64,000 nucleotides of DNA from the NCBI GenBank assembly GCA_030704615.1, contig CM060734.1, forward strand, positions 38,936,001 through 39,000,000. The letters are read 5' to 3'. The number at the start of each line of letters is the position of its first letter. Positions within the stretch are counted from its first letter, which is position 1. Both the position numbers and the translations under genes were made by a program. This DNA is from Takakia lepidozioides. Lineage: Eukaryota > Plantae > Bryophyta. Positions 38,601-51,440 of this stretch are shown piece after piece. The notes beneath the pieces were generated by a model that worked only from the letters and a program-made list of their open reading frames with translations, searched no databases and had not been told where the DNA came from.

Positions 38601-40525
38601 AATGGAACGTTCCCCAGTTTGGGATTTCTCACGAGTCCACTGCACTTGGTCACCTCTTGTCCTGTTATTCAAGGTCAAAAGCTGAAGCTCTTCCAGACAG
38701 GTATTAACCGTCTGCCATTAGAATTCAGCTCGTCCTCACCAAAAGGCCCAATGATATCGTCCTGATGGAGCCCTTTGCCCACCCGGGCATTGAAGTCACC
38801 CAATAGCACTACCTGACCTTTGGCAAGGAACGAAGCACAGTCCAGCTTTACATCTTCGAAGGCTTTGTCTGCGTCAGCACTAAGGGTCCCCTCTGTGGGC
38901 ATGTAAACACAACCCAAAAAGAGGTCCTTCGTACTCATGCCGCCCTTCAGATTGAGTTTTAGCCAGATACTATGCTCGTACCTCAAACCCTTGTTGATAA
39001 TTTCACAATTATCAAACAAGAAATCACGGACAAAGAATCCAACCCCTTTTTGACCGCGTTTGGCAGAGGCTGCCTTGAGAGTACACATCCTACCTGCCCA
39101 TTTATAACCATTGACATCTCCAACCAGTTTATCCGACGTTTCCCATGTTTCTTGCCCAGCACAGATATGAATATCATTAGTCCGAAGGACTTGTCCCACT
39201 TCGAGTTGTTTCCTTTGGTTAGTAAGCCCTGAGAAGTTGAAAGTGGCCAGTCGCAAGCCAGCGCTCTGCATGTGAATTGTTTGTCGTCTACGTAGCTTGT
39301 GATTGCTCCTGGACGGCCAACCGTTCTGCAAAGGGGGGACAGTTACCCCATGTGTAGATTTTGCTCGTCTTGTGTAAACTTTGAGAATTGGTAAGCCATT
39401 CAGGGTACCAAATCCTTCAGTTACACGACGCACAGGCTCCGCACACTTAGGGGTATACTGTCCGTTAGACTGCTTGGGGACAATTACCCCGTGTGTAGAT
39501 TTTGCTCGTCTTGTGTAGACTTTGAGGATTGGTAAACCATTTAGAGTACCAAATCCTTCAGTTACACGACGTTCAGGCTCTGCACACTTAGGGACAGATT
39601 GTCCATCTGACGGCTTGGGGACAATTACCCCGTGTATAGAATTTGTTCGTCTTGTGTAAACCTTGAGGATTGGTAAACCATTCAGAGTACCAAATCCTTC
39701 AGATTCAGGACGTTCAGGTTCTGTACACTTAGGGGCATCTTGTCCTTCTGGCTGTTTGGATTCAACCTCATTCAGAGCATCAAACCGATTAGAAACTCTC
39801 AAGTTGAAGTCCTTGCCCTTGGTTGTCTTCCTAGAGCGCCCCATTGAATCACCAATGTCTAAGACCGCTCTCCAGCCAGTCAAAGGGTGAACTTCTTTGA
39901 GATTGAATTGATGTGGGACTCTATTAGAAGCACTTTTGGTCATTGCAACCTTCAACGTACCCCTGTTATCAAGTCTCGAGATGGAACCATTAGCCATGAA
40001 ATCCAAGCCTAAACTAGAGCATGTAGTTTTAAAGGACACATCGTCCATCCTGGGATTCACCCCAAAAACTACACATGAAGCCCTAGATTTGGCATAAGTA
40101 ACCAATTCCCAGGAATCACCCTGGGGAGTTTTGATGTTGATAGGAGCTAAAATTTTGATTGATCTCGCAGGCTATAAGTTTAAGCACAGGAACCAACCCG
40201 AGCCCAAGTGCCGAGTATGCTATACAGAGCATACGACTGCCCAATTTGGGCGGAGGGGCTGCCCCCAAGCGGTAGGGGTCCGCTTGTTACCATTCAGAGA
40301 TCACACTCCAGGGAGTTGCAGGGAATGGCCCATGTAGGCATATTCTAAAGAGGGAAAGGCCCCAAGCTTTCCAACTAATGCACTACCTTACCTGGAGCAA
40401 AGCGCTTCAGGTCGAAACAAACAAGGACACGAGGTCACAAGGCCGGCATTTAGTCACAGAGACATTAATGTACTCCCGTATCAAGTCCACCCAATGGCAA
40501 CAGGCTTCCTAGAGGACAGGGAGAG
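35670..40525 (-). mobile_element. Near full-length single-ORF non-LTR retrotransposon (RTE/RTEX-like LINE: N-terminal region, APE endonuclease, RT, C-terminal CCHC), frameshifted
   Basis: EN motifs ATFNFSGL, QETW, GDFNARVG, SIVDY, SDH. RT motifs NYRGITLL, QAGF, FLDVKKAYDTV, GVAQGCTLSPLLF, MFVDD, YLGV. C-terminal CPLC...HFLIHC. 12-bp TSD GGAGAACATAGA at 35658-35669 and 40526-40537. Confidence 0.92.
39335..39735 (-). repeat. Three tandem 141-bp (47-aa) coding repeats within the LINE N-terminal region
   Basis: PKCxEPxRxxxEGFGTLNGLPILKVYTRRxxSxHGVxVP occurs three times. Period 141 bp (39531 vs 39672). Confidence 0.9.
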
Positions 40526-40836
40526 GGAGAACATAGAAAGAGAGAGAGAGAGAAAGACACATTGATCTGTGAGTTTGGCCATGACCCACAGGACACTAAC
40601 TCGGTCATCCTTTCAAAAACTCTGAAATTTCTTGATCCACTAATCATAGAGAGTGAGATGACTTACCAAGGGTGGAGAAAACAATGAAAACAAAAGTCAT
40701 CGCTGTAGAATGAGATATACGGTCCAAAGCTCTTGCAGATATTCCCACAAGCATCGACATTTTGAAATGGAAGCATCCGCTACAGGTATCTTACTACAAC
40801 TCCTGCCTGTCACCTACTACCTGTCACCTCGGTCTG

Positions 40837-41079
40837 TCAGACACTGCTTTGGCCTATATGTGGCTTCTTAGGGCTGCTAGGAAACTCTGATTCTTCGTCT
40901 TTTCGAGGGGCTTCCACATAGGGGGTGGCAATCTCATCGTCAGGGTCATAATCAGGATCCAGCGATCTGTTCAATGCGGAGCGTCCAGTTTGCAGGCAAG
41001 GCTTGCACGCCAACTCAACTGCACCCCACCCCAGCAAAATCGCTACTCCCAGTATGATCAAAGTTTCTACCGCACCCAT
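40837..41079 (-). CDS. OEP7: Plastid outer envelope membrane protein 7 (OEP7)-like small protein
   Basis: 80 aa with an N-terminal TM helix, LGWGAVELACKPCL and SLDPDYDPDD motifs characteristic of the family. Pyrimidine-rich 5' leader. Confidence 0.85.
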   Translation of the reverse strand: MGAVETLIILGVAILLGWGAVELACKPCLQTGRSALNRSLDPDYDPDDEIATPYVEAPRKDEESEFPSSPKKPHIGQSSV

Positions 41080-41516
41080 TACTCTGTCCTCCTCCTTCAG
41101 CTAGCCCACCGTTGTCAGCCCAAACCCCCCACTCTTTTTCACTCGTCAGTCTCAACACAGTCCACACCTCTCTCTTTCCCTCCCCTGCTTTGGGGTGAGT
41201 CAAAAGTCTCTGTTTCTTCTTCTTTTTTTTGGGTTTTTTCTTTTTTTCCTTTTGCTAACTTCAATCCTTGTACGAGCTTTTGCAAAATACTGTGAGGTAG
41301 TTTGATCCTGGGACTGGTTGACATGGCATCTTTCAAGCCATAACCAGAAGCAGGAATTCTTTGCTTGCCACATGGAGGACGGTCATAAGCCAATTCACAC
41401 TGGGAAGGAAAGGGTTTATAGAGCTGAGTTGCAGGCAGCATGAACTCTCCTGGTAGGTAAGGGTCTTTCAAAGTTTTGAATGTATGGATTGGCCATAGTT
41501 TTTACAAAGGATTGCG

Positions 41517-42707
41517 TAGGGAATCCAAAAAGGCCTTGATGTGAAATGCATCGCAATTCACTTGATCACCCCCCCTAAAAGTGCGCAATTCAATTGAACT
41601 AACCCTAGTTTGCAATTCAATTGAATTGTCGGCACACGATTCAATTGAATTGCGAATTGGCAATTCAATTGAAATGCATCACAATTCACTTGATCACCCC
41701 CCTAAAATCGGGCAGCAACTGAAATCGGACTACACTGGGACTACAATTCAATTGAATTGTAATCTATAATTTTTAACTTATTTTTGTATATAATATATAA
41801 TATATATGTACATGTATATATTCAAATTATATTTATACACATATAAGAGTATAAGCTAAAAATACATGTTGCCCGTCTATTCTTGCTGGCCCTCTTTCTT
41901 GTGCCCTTGAGGAAATTGTGGAGTTGTGAAACCACCCTTAGCCTCAGCGAGAAAGGGAGAGCCAGAGACGGAGACAGATCAGCAGCTTCCTGTGATTCAC
42001 TGGCAAAAGAAACATGGCTGGCTCCGAAAAAAAACAGACAAAATCAAACCTGACAATTGATGAAAGGCTTCCCCTGCATCACCATGTAGTCCCCTAACAC
42101 TAGTATCTGCCCAGGACAAAGAAAACAAAAAATATGTTCATCTTGAGAATTATCAAAAATTTCGATACCCTTACAAAGGTATCATGTTGAAGTTGGGATG
42201 TGTGTTCCATGTAAGTTTAATATATCAAACTCTTACGCGTTGATACTCTTACATTGGTATCATGTTTGGTATATGTACATAGCCATATATTGGCACCAAC
42301 ATCCACAAAGAGAGACAATCCCGCTTTTACGAGCGCTTCGTGACTTCCCCTCTCTCTCTCTCTCTCTCTCTCTCCCTATTGGGCTCAAGCCTTACCACGG
42401 GCAAAGGATTGACAACGGACAGCAAGAATAGACGGGCAACATGTATTTTTAGCTTATACATATGTATATATGTATAATTTATATTTATATATATTATATA
42501 CAGAAATAAGTTAAAAATTATAGATTACAATTCAATTGAATTGTAGTCAGCGATTCAATTGAATTGCGAATTGGCAATTCAATTGAATTGCAAATTAGGG
42601 TTAGTTCAATTGAGTTGCCCTTGCAATTCAATTGAATTGCGCACTTTTAGGGGGTGATCAAGTGAATTGCGATGCATTTCACATCAAGGCCTTTTTGGAA
42701 TTCCCTA
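41517..42707. mobile_element. Non-autonomous foldback/MITE-like DNA transposon with ~290-370-bp TIRs
   Basis: 41517-41888 is the inverted copy of 42420-42707 (TAGGGAA(T)TCCAAAAAGGCC...). Many CAATTCAATTGAATTG palindromes. ATTGCG is duplicated at 41511-41516 and 42708-42713. Confidence 0.88.
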
Positions 42708-43639
42708 ATTGCGATCAATCAATATCAGATCTCAGACCTAGCTCTCCATGGCTGACGAGCCGCAGCAATGTGAGCAGAAAATGCACACCACCTCCCCAAG
42801 TTCATCCATCAGAATGCCCCTCCTACAGTACATTATCTAGTACATATGTGGCCACGTGCAGCCACATTATAGACATGGCTGCCTTGCATTATCCAGAGGG
42901 CAGGCAACTATCACACACTTACAGCCCAGACACTTGCATACTGGAATCCCCAAATTATCAAATGACAGGAGGCCTCAACAAAGCACAACTGCACTTGCAG
43001 GTCAGCTATGCAGAGAAAAGTAGGAACAAGGGAGAAAGAGGGAAATCTGAGATTGGTCAGCCCTTATATATATAAACTTCAGCTCTTGCCTTGCTTTCGG
43101 ATTTTAGTTCATAAACAGTTTTTAGTTAGCGCTTTTGCAGGGCATAAAGATCTTTTAGTTCTGGTGCAGCCTCAGCAACCATTGCAGAACTCAACAAAGA
43201 CATCGGCAAAATACCAACCAAAATCTGGATTAGGAAAGCATCATATCCTTCTAGAAACAAGCAAACAAACAAGGCTGCAACAAACTTCATAATGTGTCTG
43301 TTGGAAGAAACAAATGGGGCCCTCGACAACAGCCCCAAAAAAACTTTTTTCTCTAACATAGAAAGCCTCATGCAGATATGCTGCCTAGCATTTCTCATCC
43401 TGAACAAGGGATGGCTGTCCGGAATAGGCAGCTTTTACTTCGCACTATAAACTTGTGTCATGCAATGTGCACTAATTAAAGTTCCCTGTTTGGAGTCTGG
43501 ATGATTAGCACTCACTTCAACCTGGTATGCTTCACTGCACTGATTGGTTCGCAATCGGTGGGTATGTGCAGTCACTAAGGCTCAGAGGCACTCCGTGATC
43601 ATCTGGAGTTTCCCAGATATCAAACATAAACACATTTAG

Positions 43640-44050
43640 AAGGTGCCTCTCTTTATGATGAAATTGTTGAGTAGAGCTGCCCATTTTTCCAACACTCTCT
43701 GGGACGCATACAAAGCCATCTTCGTCGCATGCGTTGTAATCGCTCGACCCCAGTACTTTTCAGCAATGAGGTAGCTCAATCCGCCCGGAGACAACGAACT
43801 CCTTCGCCAATGCTGAGGCAAATGGACCCCGCCGGAATGCCATCAACACAAATTGCTCTGAACCAAGGATGGGGATCAATTACAGAACTGAAATACTCAC
43901 GGGCTTCTTCCTCAGACTGAAGACTGTCACACGTGCTTGTTGTTGTAAACTCATCGTCTCCATACCATGTCAGCATGTACTTCACATCCTCAATGCTGAA
44001 TTCCCGAAGTGTCACCCGATCAGACGCGATGCCGGCAGGTGATGCGAGGC
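43640..44050 (-). pseudogene. GNAT (RimJ/RimL-like) N-acetyltransferase pseudogene
   Basis: VTLREFSIEDV...W..DD...PHPWFRAICVDG...RA(fs)SYLIAEKYWGRAITT...ASQRVLEK. One frameshift and an internal deletion. Confidence 0.75.
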
Positions 44051-44519
44051 TTTCCAAGGGGACACTGAGTGAAATTTGCCAACCTGGAGCACCCCTTTCA
44101 AACACTCGACCAGTATTTGCCTTGTGATCAAGCCCCCTAACTTATCAACCGTTGGCCAGCTGCAAACAAAGCCAAGGTTTACTCAGGTGATGAATAAACG
44201 ACCAAACACTAGTGCTTTGACTCGTCAACTAAGGCGATTGTTGAGAAGATTGGGTAGCAGAACCACGTGCACTGACCCTGTGCATATGCAAACGAAGCAA
44301 ACCTTCCCGGGGCATCCATAGATTGGACAGCAATATGGGATTAGTACCCCCACATACCGCTGAGAGGAGGAGGAGGGAACCTCCACAAAGATAGAATAGC
44401 ATCTCTCTATTCAACAACCTTCTCAACTTGTATGCTTAAGTGTGGGAACTTGGTGGATGCATGCCAAGTATTTGACAATATGCCTGAACGAGATCTGGGC
44501 CTTACTTGGAATACAAAGA

Positions 44520-44900
44520 TAGCAGGATTTGCCAAGCATGTGTTGCAGGGAGGCTTTGGATATCTATGAGACAATTCCACAGGAAGGGGGGATACCCAGC
44601 AGAGTCACAACTTTTGCACTGTCAATCCGGGTGCTGGCCTGGCAGCTCTGGAAAGGGCCAAAGAGGTACATTCCGACATCGTCACAGTTAGGGTTATACC
44701 AGAGATCATTCAGGAGACTGCCCTTGTCCATATGTATTCAAATGCGGGAGCATGAAGGAAGTAGGGCAAGTGTTTGACAACATGGCTCCACAAATTGTGG
44801 TGTCATGGAGTGCAATAACAGCAGTATGCCCAGCATGAGGAAGCTGTCTGACTATTTGAACAAATGCAACAGGAAAGCTTGAAGCCAAATGGTGTCACAA
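44520..44900 (+). pseudogene. Heavily degraded PLS-PPR fragment
   Basis: Relics EALDIYE, ALEKG.EVHSDI, ETALVHMYSNAG, VFDNM..IVVSWSA, with frameshifts. Confidence 0.6.
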
Positions 44901-45272
44901 ATCACAGCTAAAGACATGCAGAGCTGATATATGAAGCTGTGGTTAGTGAGAATCTTTCTGGTACTGATGGTTGTTCATCATCCCAAAACTGGCACTCAAG
45001 TCTTGCATGTGGTGGAAAGCCTCTGCAGTTCTTGTAGCTTGAAAAGGAGCAGATGTCAAGCTACTGGATATCTCCAGCTATATCATGTTCCTATCTTCAT
45101 AAAAACAATATTTGCATTGTGATCATCACCATGGGCCACTCCCAGAGTGTGCCGTACTGACAGTCACATCCAATGAAGGTTCTTTCAAGGTTACTGTTTT
45201 TGTAATCAGACTACTGCCAAATTACTATCCATCCTAAATTTTGAATCCATGCTATCCTGAATATTGCTTGTT

Positions 45273-47810
45273 TCACCAGTAATCTCCACATGAACAACCC
45301 CATCCCGAAGTGGTGAAAGCAGTTGACATCCCGTACGACAACTGTTCGCCCAACAATCTTTGAGATGAACTTGGTAGCAGTGTGGCAGTCACCACACACA
45401 CACAAGTTTTTGATAATACGAATAGATGTCTGGGGAGGTGTGCTGATGAGGGCAAAAGCAATAGCCAGCTTCTCACTGTGGTGGCAAAGAGAAAGTTCCC
45501 TTTCCTCCTCCTCCAAATCACGCAATACAAAGCTTGTGTCAGGCACATACCCTGCATCCGTCATCTGCACATATAATCTCTTCAGCTCAGCATGGATTTC
45601 CTCAATTCGTGGATGTACTTTGTCTTCTACTGTAAATATATGCACCTCGTTGTCGACCTCCACACAGCTGTGCCCTGGATCCTTTCTGACACCTCTATCC
45701 TCCATCATTTTTCTCACCTTCTCTTTATCATCCCACCTACCAGCCGCAGCATAGATGTTTGATAGCAGCACGTACGCCGCAGGGTGCTGTGGTTTGCATT
45801 TCATAACACATTTTGCCGCAATTTCACCGAGCTCCACATTGCCATGAATTCTGCAGGCACCAAGCAAGGCCCCCCACACTGAAGCACCCGGTTCTATTGG
45901 CATACAATTCTAGCTTCCATGATGTCAGCATGGACCTGCTTGCCTTTTTCCAGGGCCCCTAGGTTAATACATGCATAAAGAACAGAGATGAATGTGACCC
46001 TGTTGGATGTTAATCCTTCCTGTTGCATTTGCTCATAGACTTTCAGAGCCTCTTCACCCTGACCATGTTGAGAATATCCTGCAATCATTGCACTCCATGA
46101 GACCACATCTCGGTTAACCATACCGTCAAACACTTCTTTCGCATCCTTCATGCTGCCGCATTTGGCATACATGTCGACAAGTGCAGTCTCCAGATTAATA
46201 TATTCTGCAATCCCAGCTTTGATGATGTCAGCATGGACCTCTTTCCCCTTTTCCAGGGCTCCTAGGCTTGCACAAGCATTGAGAACACTTATGAATGTGA
46301 CCCTGTTGGGTGTTACCCGTTCCTGTTGCATTTGCTCATAGAGCTCGAAAGCCTCCCTACCACAACCATTCTGAGCACATCCTGCGATCATCACACTCCA
46401 TGAGACCACATCCCGTTTAGTCATGCTGTCAAACACATGAATTGCGTCCTTCATACTCCTGCATTTGGCATACATATCGATAAGGGTATTCTCCAGGATG
46501 ATATCTGGCACAATTCCAGCTTTGATAATGTCTTCATGAATCTCTTTGCCCTTTCCCAGGCGTGCTGGCACATGCGTTGAGAATGCAAATGAATGTGACT
46601 CTATCTGGAGTCACCTCTTCCCATTGCATTTGTTCATATATTTTGAAAGCCTCCTCAGCATTCCCATGCTTAGCATACCCTGCTATCATCATAGTCGAAG
46701 TAAACATATCTCGTTCAGGCATTTTGTCAAACACTTGACGGGCATCCACAACACTTCCACACTTGGCATACATGTTGACAAGGGCATTGAGTAGAAAGAT
46801 TTTTGGCTTGAATCCACTTTGCATGATGTGGGCATGCACCTGCTTTCCGTTGGCTAGGTCTTTCATGTTGATACACTCCCGTAAGAGGTGGACATAAGTA
46901 TTGGAGTTTGCATGAATGCCTGGTTGGTTCAAAATGTGCAGCGCTTCTTTCAGTCGCCCTGCCTTACATAGTGACCTCACATACCTACGGATGCCATAAG
47001 AGGCCTGATTGAGTCCCTCTCTTGGTCTTCTTCAGGAGTAGTGGTGCTGTTGGGGCCCCTACCCCTGCCGCCATTATGATTTCCAACAAACGACTGAGCC
47101 TGAGTCCAGCCTGCCTTCCTGCATGACTTCAAACTGTTAGTTGAAAACCTTCAAACTCAGGCACGCGATAATTCTCAAACACCATTGCGAGCCATAGCGA
47201 GGCCTCTTGCTACAAAAATTTAACAGGGTCACTACACCTCACCAATTTTGGCTCTTTGCGTTGGCACCCTTGAATTCTCATAAAAGCATTACCTGTTGCA
47301 ATCTGGGCCGGGCTCTCCATGCTGTACATTGATACTTGAGCAATCACCAGATTGTACTCGACCTTGCATCCTGTCAGCTAGCTCTGCTTTCACCCAAGTA
47401 AGGTTCAACGAACTCTCAATCCAAAGGACCTGGTTTGAGCACATGTGTCTGATGTCTGCTGATCTTGGATTTTCTGTGAAAAACATGAGTGGGTAGCTGA
47501 GCAGCCATAGCTTCAACCACAGCCTTGCATAGACCAGGCTACAACCACCAGCAACAACAGCTTTAAGCACAGCCTCAAACAATCAGAACGAATCTACAAA
47601 GCCATGAGCATCATAAGTCAGTATCAAATTAACAAATAACAAATCCACCAAAGAGCCACCATGCAGGAGTGACATATATAACTATTATGTGACTGTCATA
47701 TCAACAAAAACAAATACTCGGAAGTTTATCAACGTGTCATCTCAATGTCTTTTCCTAACAAAAGAGATGACCTCCCACCACTCTGAAGGATCTGACATGA
47801 ACTCCTGCCG
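45273..47810 (-). pseudogene. PDF-leader + PLS-E-DYW PPR pseudogene (frameshifts; S-P2-L2-S2 block deleted)
   Basis: PPR exon from acceptor ATGCAG|G at 47118. ORF pieces 46534-46980, 45894-46571 and 45211-45903 with HSEKLA, CGDCH and an out-of-frame CSCGDYW. Upstream PDF exons at 47293-47473 (NPRSADIRH...LWIES...WVKAELA) and about 47770-47810 (QEFMSDPSEWW). Confidence 0.88.
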
Positions 47811-48445
47811 ATTTATGCTTATTTCTTGGTCTGGGTGCAAATACCACAAGAAAACAAAGCTGTAGCAGCTACTAATTGATGGGTACTTATACATGAAGAC
47901 TGAGCCTCAGATTGGGGTTTGGAGCAACATTACTGGAAATTGACATTTGGTTCATTGCCTTTTTCGTCTGAATATCCCTCCCCTTGTGGATAGGAACCCT
48001 ACCCTTCCCAGAGGATTGATGTATGGCATGCAGTCCACCCTCAAGGGTACTGCACAGCTAACATTTCCCTCTATGCCATTTTCCTCTGTAAGTGTGACCA
48101 ACAGTTAAAAGAAACCCACATTTGACAGTGGGAGAAATGAGATACCCAGGGAGAACCAGCTCAAGGTAAATCGAAGAAAATGTTAGCAGGGTACCATTGA
48201 GTTAATCCCTCTCTACTCACAATTGATAGACTGAGGATTGTGGCTCTGCAATGGTCCAGGAGGCCCACGGCAAAGTGTCACATATATGTGATGACCTGCT
48301 CTCTAAATTAAGGAGTGAAAAAAGCTGCATCGCGGTTTCCTTGGTCTTGAGCGAGCACTGTCATAACAGAATTCAGAGAAAACCTGGTAGGTATTGTGAA
48401 AAAACCGAGTATCTCACAGGTTGCAAAACCCATCTCTCTCTCTCT

Positions 48446-49416
48446 CTGCCTTGGAGTACGGATCCGCTATATGGGTTGATAACTCCAACCAGGCTAAGTC
48501 TCTAGAATCCATTCAAGTGGGGGTGCTTAAGGAGTGAGCATGCTCCAAAACAGCCAATGTGGCTGTTCGGGGTGAGTTTGGCATTCCGTCCTTAAGCTCC
48601 CGACGAGATGAATTCAAGGTCAGATGGTGGGGTCAGCTGCAACATATGCCCAACACCAGATATCCTAAGTTAATCGACTCTATATCTTGGAAACAGGACC
48701 GCCCTGTCAAACAGGCTAAGTCCTGGCAGAAGAGAGTAGAAGAGATCCTCAAGGACCTGGACCTGGATCCGCAAGTCTTGACCCTGCTGGATAAATCTGA
48801 CTTAGAGGCTGTAGTGTCCTCAGCCATGTCTGTTGCCATGAGATTGTCTGATGAAAATGAAGTTAGGCAGAAAACTTCCCTGAACTTGTTTCCAGTCTGT
48901 GACATGGGGGAGGACATCTTGGATGACCTCAAGGGTCTACCCACTCTCGGCACTAGACTGAAATTTAAACTCAGGGCAGGAAGCCTACCTTTGAACAGCA
49001 AACAGAAGCAAAGAGGAAAGGGAGAGTGCAATTGCCCGTTGTGTGGGCAATCTGAAGACAGTATTCATTTTCTGATACACTGTCCGGGGTTCTCTCACCA
49101 AAGAGACGCTCTCTTCAAATCTATTAAGGGTATTGTGCCTGTACCCCTGTTTACCAACTTTGAAAGTCTCGAGGATGAGCCAAAACCCCAGGCCCTCCTG
49201 AGGCCTAGTTTTTGGGCAAATCACACACAGCAGATTGATGCTTGTGTGAAGGGATTTCTAGAGGATATCTGGAAAACCCGGATTAATTCTATATATGGAG
49301 GTAAGTCTTACTACCAACGTCAGCCCCTGACAGAGGTAGGTTCTGTCCCTTTTGTTAACTGGGCGCGGGGTCAATGGCCACAAGGCTACGGCAAACAACG
49401 TCTTATGAGTACAATC
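48446..49416 (+). mobile_element. 5'-truncated young copy of the same LINE inserted in a (CT)n tract
   Basis: Near-identical to 35670-36650 (reverse). Flanked by ATCTCTCTCTCTC at 48432-48444 and 49414-49426. Confidence 0.9.
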
Positions 49417-50398
49417 TCTCTCTCTCACACACAATCCATAATACAGTACAAAAGAAATAATTTCACAAGTTTCAGAGTTTCAAGTTGAACTGAAAGACCT
49501 GATAAAGGAGGACAGGTGTGCTTATCACACGACCCTAAAAGTGAAGTGCTTGGACGGTAGAACGGGGAAGGGATGACGATGTCCCCGCGTGCTTGAGCGA
49601 GTGCAATGATAGCAGGATATGCAAGGGTGTGGTAGGGAGGTTTATGAGCTCTATGAGCAAATGATATCAGAAGGGATGAAGCCCAACAAGAAGCAGGAGT
49701 TGAAGAGCGAGCACATACGGTGCCAACGGAGACACATTGGTGGAGAACTACTTGGTTTGGCCTCAGCCAAATCCACGAAGAAATCATCAGTATTGTCTAT
49801 CTTGTTGAGCGATGAGGAGGAAGGCATGCACAGTGATGGCAAGAATCATGACCATGAGATAACAGACGTGGCCATACTGATGGAAGTACTCAGGAAGGTG
49901 AGCCTGAGCGAGTGACCATGGATTTGAAGATGTAGATCAATTACCGACTGGTAAGTACCCTTTCAAATGAAGTTTAGGTCTCGTGTGCGACCTCCGATGA
50001 ATGATTCAATGTTGTGGCCATTCACTTGCAAAGAGAAAGAGAACTTCTTTCCCTAAACCCTGGACTCCATCCCACCCGAAATGAGTTATTCTGCTGCTCA
50101 TTACCAACTGCCTCAATACTATTGGATCTGATTCAGGAGGAAACCAGGGCCATGCTGCAGGTAAGTTTAACTCAGACTAATGCAACATCTGTTCGGGTTA
50201 CTTTTTCATATGTCTATGGAGTTGTTCTCTGTACTTGCATCAGGAGGCTACGGAAAACGATTCCTTTATGAGTACATTCTGTACTTTCATAAGTAATGTA
50301 TGAATAGAGAAGAGATGATCAGGGAAAGATTTCTGTTGTTATTGGAGAGGTTCTGTACCAGTGGGTCTTTTTGGCTTCTAAAACTCTAACTTCAACAG

Positions 50399-50531
50399 GG
50401 GGTGACCAAGCAACTCGGAGGGCCAATGCCTGTGATGACCTCCAAAGTAGATGAGTATGCACGTGGTATGATCAGTGGGTCAGGATCTACTCTTTTTGAA
50501 GAGCTAGGGCTCTATTACATTGGCCCTGTGG
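50399..50531 (+). pseudogene. DXS: Isolated exon fragment of 1-deoxy-D-xylulose-5-phosphate synthase
   Basis: cag|[44 protein letters not shown], a characteristic DXS peptide, truncated before DGH. Confidence 0.85.
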
Positions 50532-50559
50532 TCTAGTCAGCTTGGTCTTAGCAGGCCGA

Positions 50560-51440
50560 ATTTCAATCTCTGCCTGCTCAGCTGCACCGTGGTGGTTCTC
50601 CCAGATCAATCCGACATTACCTGACTACAGACACAAGCAGCACACACAAGAGGTCCTTTTGCCCGCTGATGGTCGGTCAAATCCTCCATGGGTCATGGCA
50701 CAAGGTCAAGGACAATGTGGTGAGGGCACCTACTTCTTCAACATATTTCACTCTGTTTTTCCCTCTTATCAAAATTGGCCCTAAATTTTCGTGTTGAATT
50801 CTGCAAGTTAGCTGGTTGCGTGAACCTTTGATAGTTTGGAGTGACTTTGACATGATACTGCCAATGTGACAACAGGAAAGTATCCAGAAACATGTAACAG
50901 AGACAAGGAGAAGCTGTGGAATGAATACTTTTCTGACCCCAGTCAATGGTGGGACAATTGAGGCAAAAAGGTGAATGCCTGTTGGATTACAGAGGTAGCA
51001 GATGCAATTGAGCATAGGAACTAGTGTGATAAGTTGAGTTGGGTGTTTCCTAGAAAAAATCTAGGCTGTCAATGTCAGCTGCTAGCAGCAAGGCAAGGAT
51101 GTATGCATGATTTGTGCAGAGGCCTGGATAGCTCAAGGAGCAGGAATAGAGTGTGGGTCCAGATTCATCCAAGAGGGCCAGATTTCAAGCACAAGATTAC
51201 CTATGATTACCTGTGGATCAATAGCTACAAGAAACCTGCATGGGTAGATGGTCAACTGGAGCCGCAGCAGCAGCGGCACAATTGATAAAATTAGGCACCT
51301 TCTTCAACACATTTCACCCTGTTTTTCCCTCTTATCAAAATCGGCCCTAAATTTCCATGTTGAATTCTGCAAGTTAGCTGGTTCAGTGAATCTAGTTAGG
51401 GTGACTGTGACATGATACTGCAAATGTGACAACAGGAAAG
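50560..51440 (+). pseudogene. Fragments of PDF-motif (PPR-leader) genes, set 3
   Basis: cag|INPTLPDYRHKQHTQEVLL..DGRSNPPWV at 50605. LWNEYFSDPSQWWDN*GKK|gtgaat, intron, cag|IHPRGPDFKHKITYDYLWINSYKKPAWVDGQLE. Confidence 0.75.

Noticed and set aside
41580-41760. CRISPR-like array of palindromic repeats
   Set aside because: Spacing is irregular with no unique spacers, the context is eukaryotic, and the repeats lie inside the TIRs of a foldback element.
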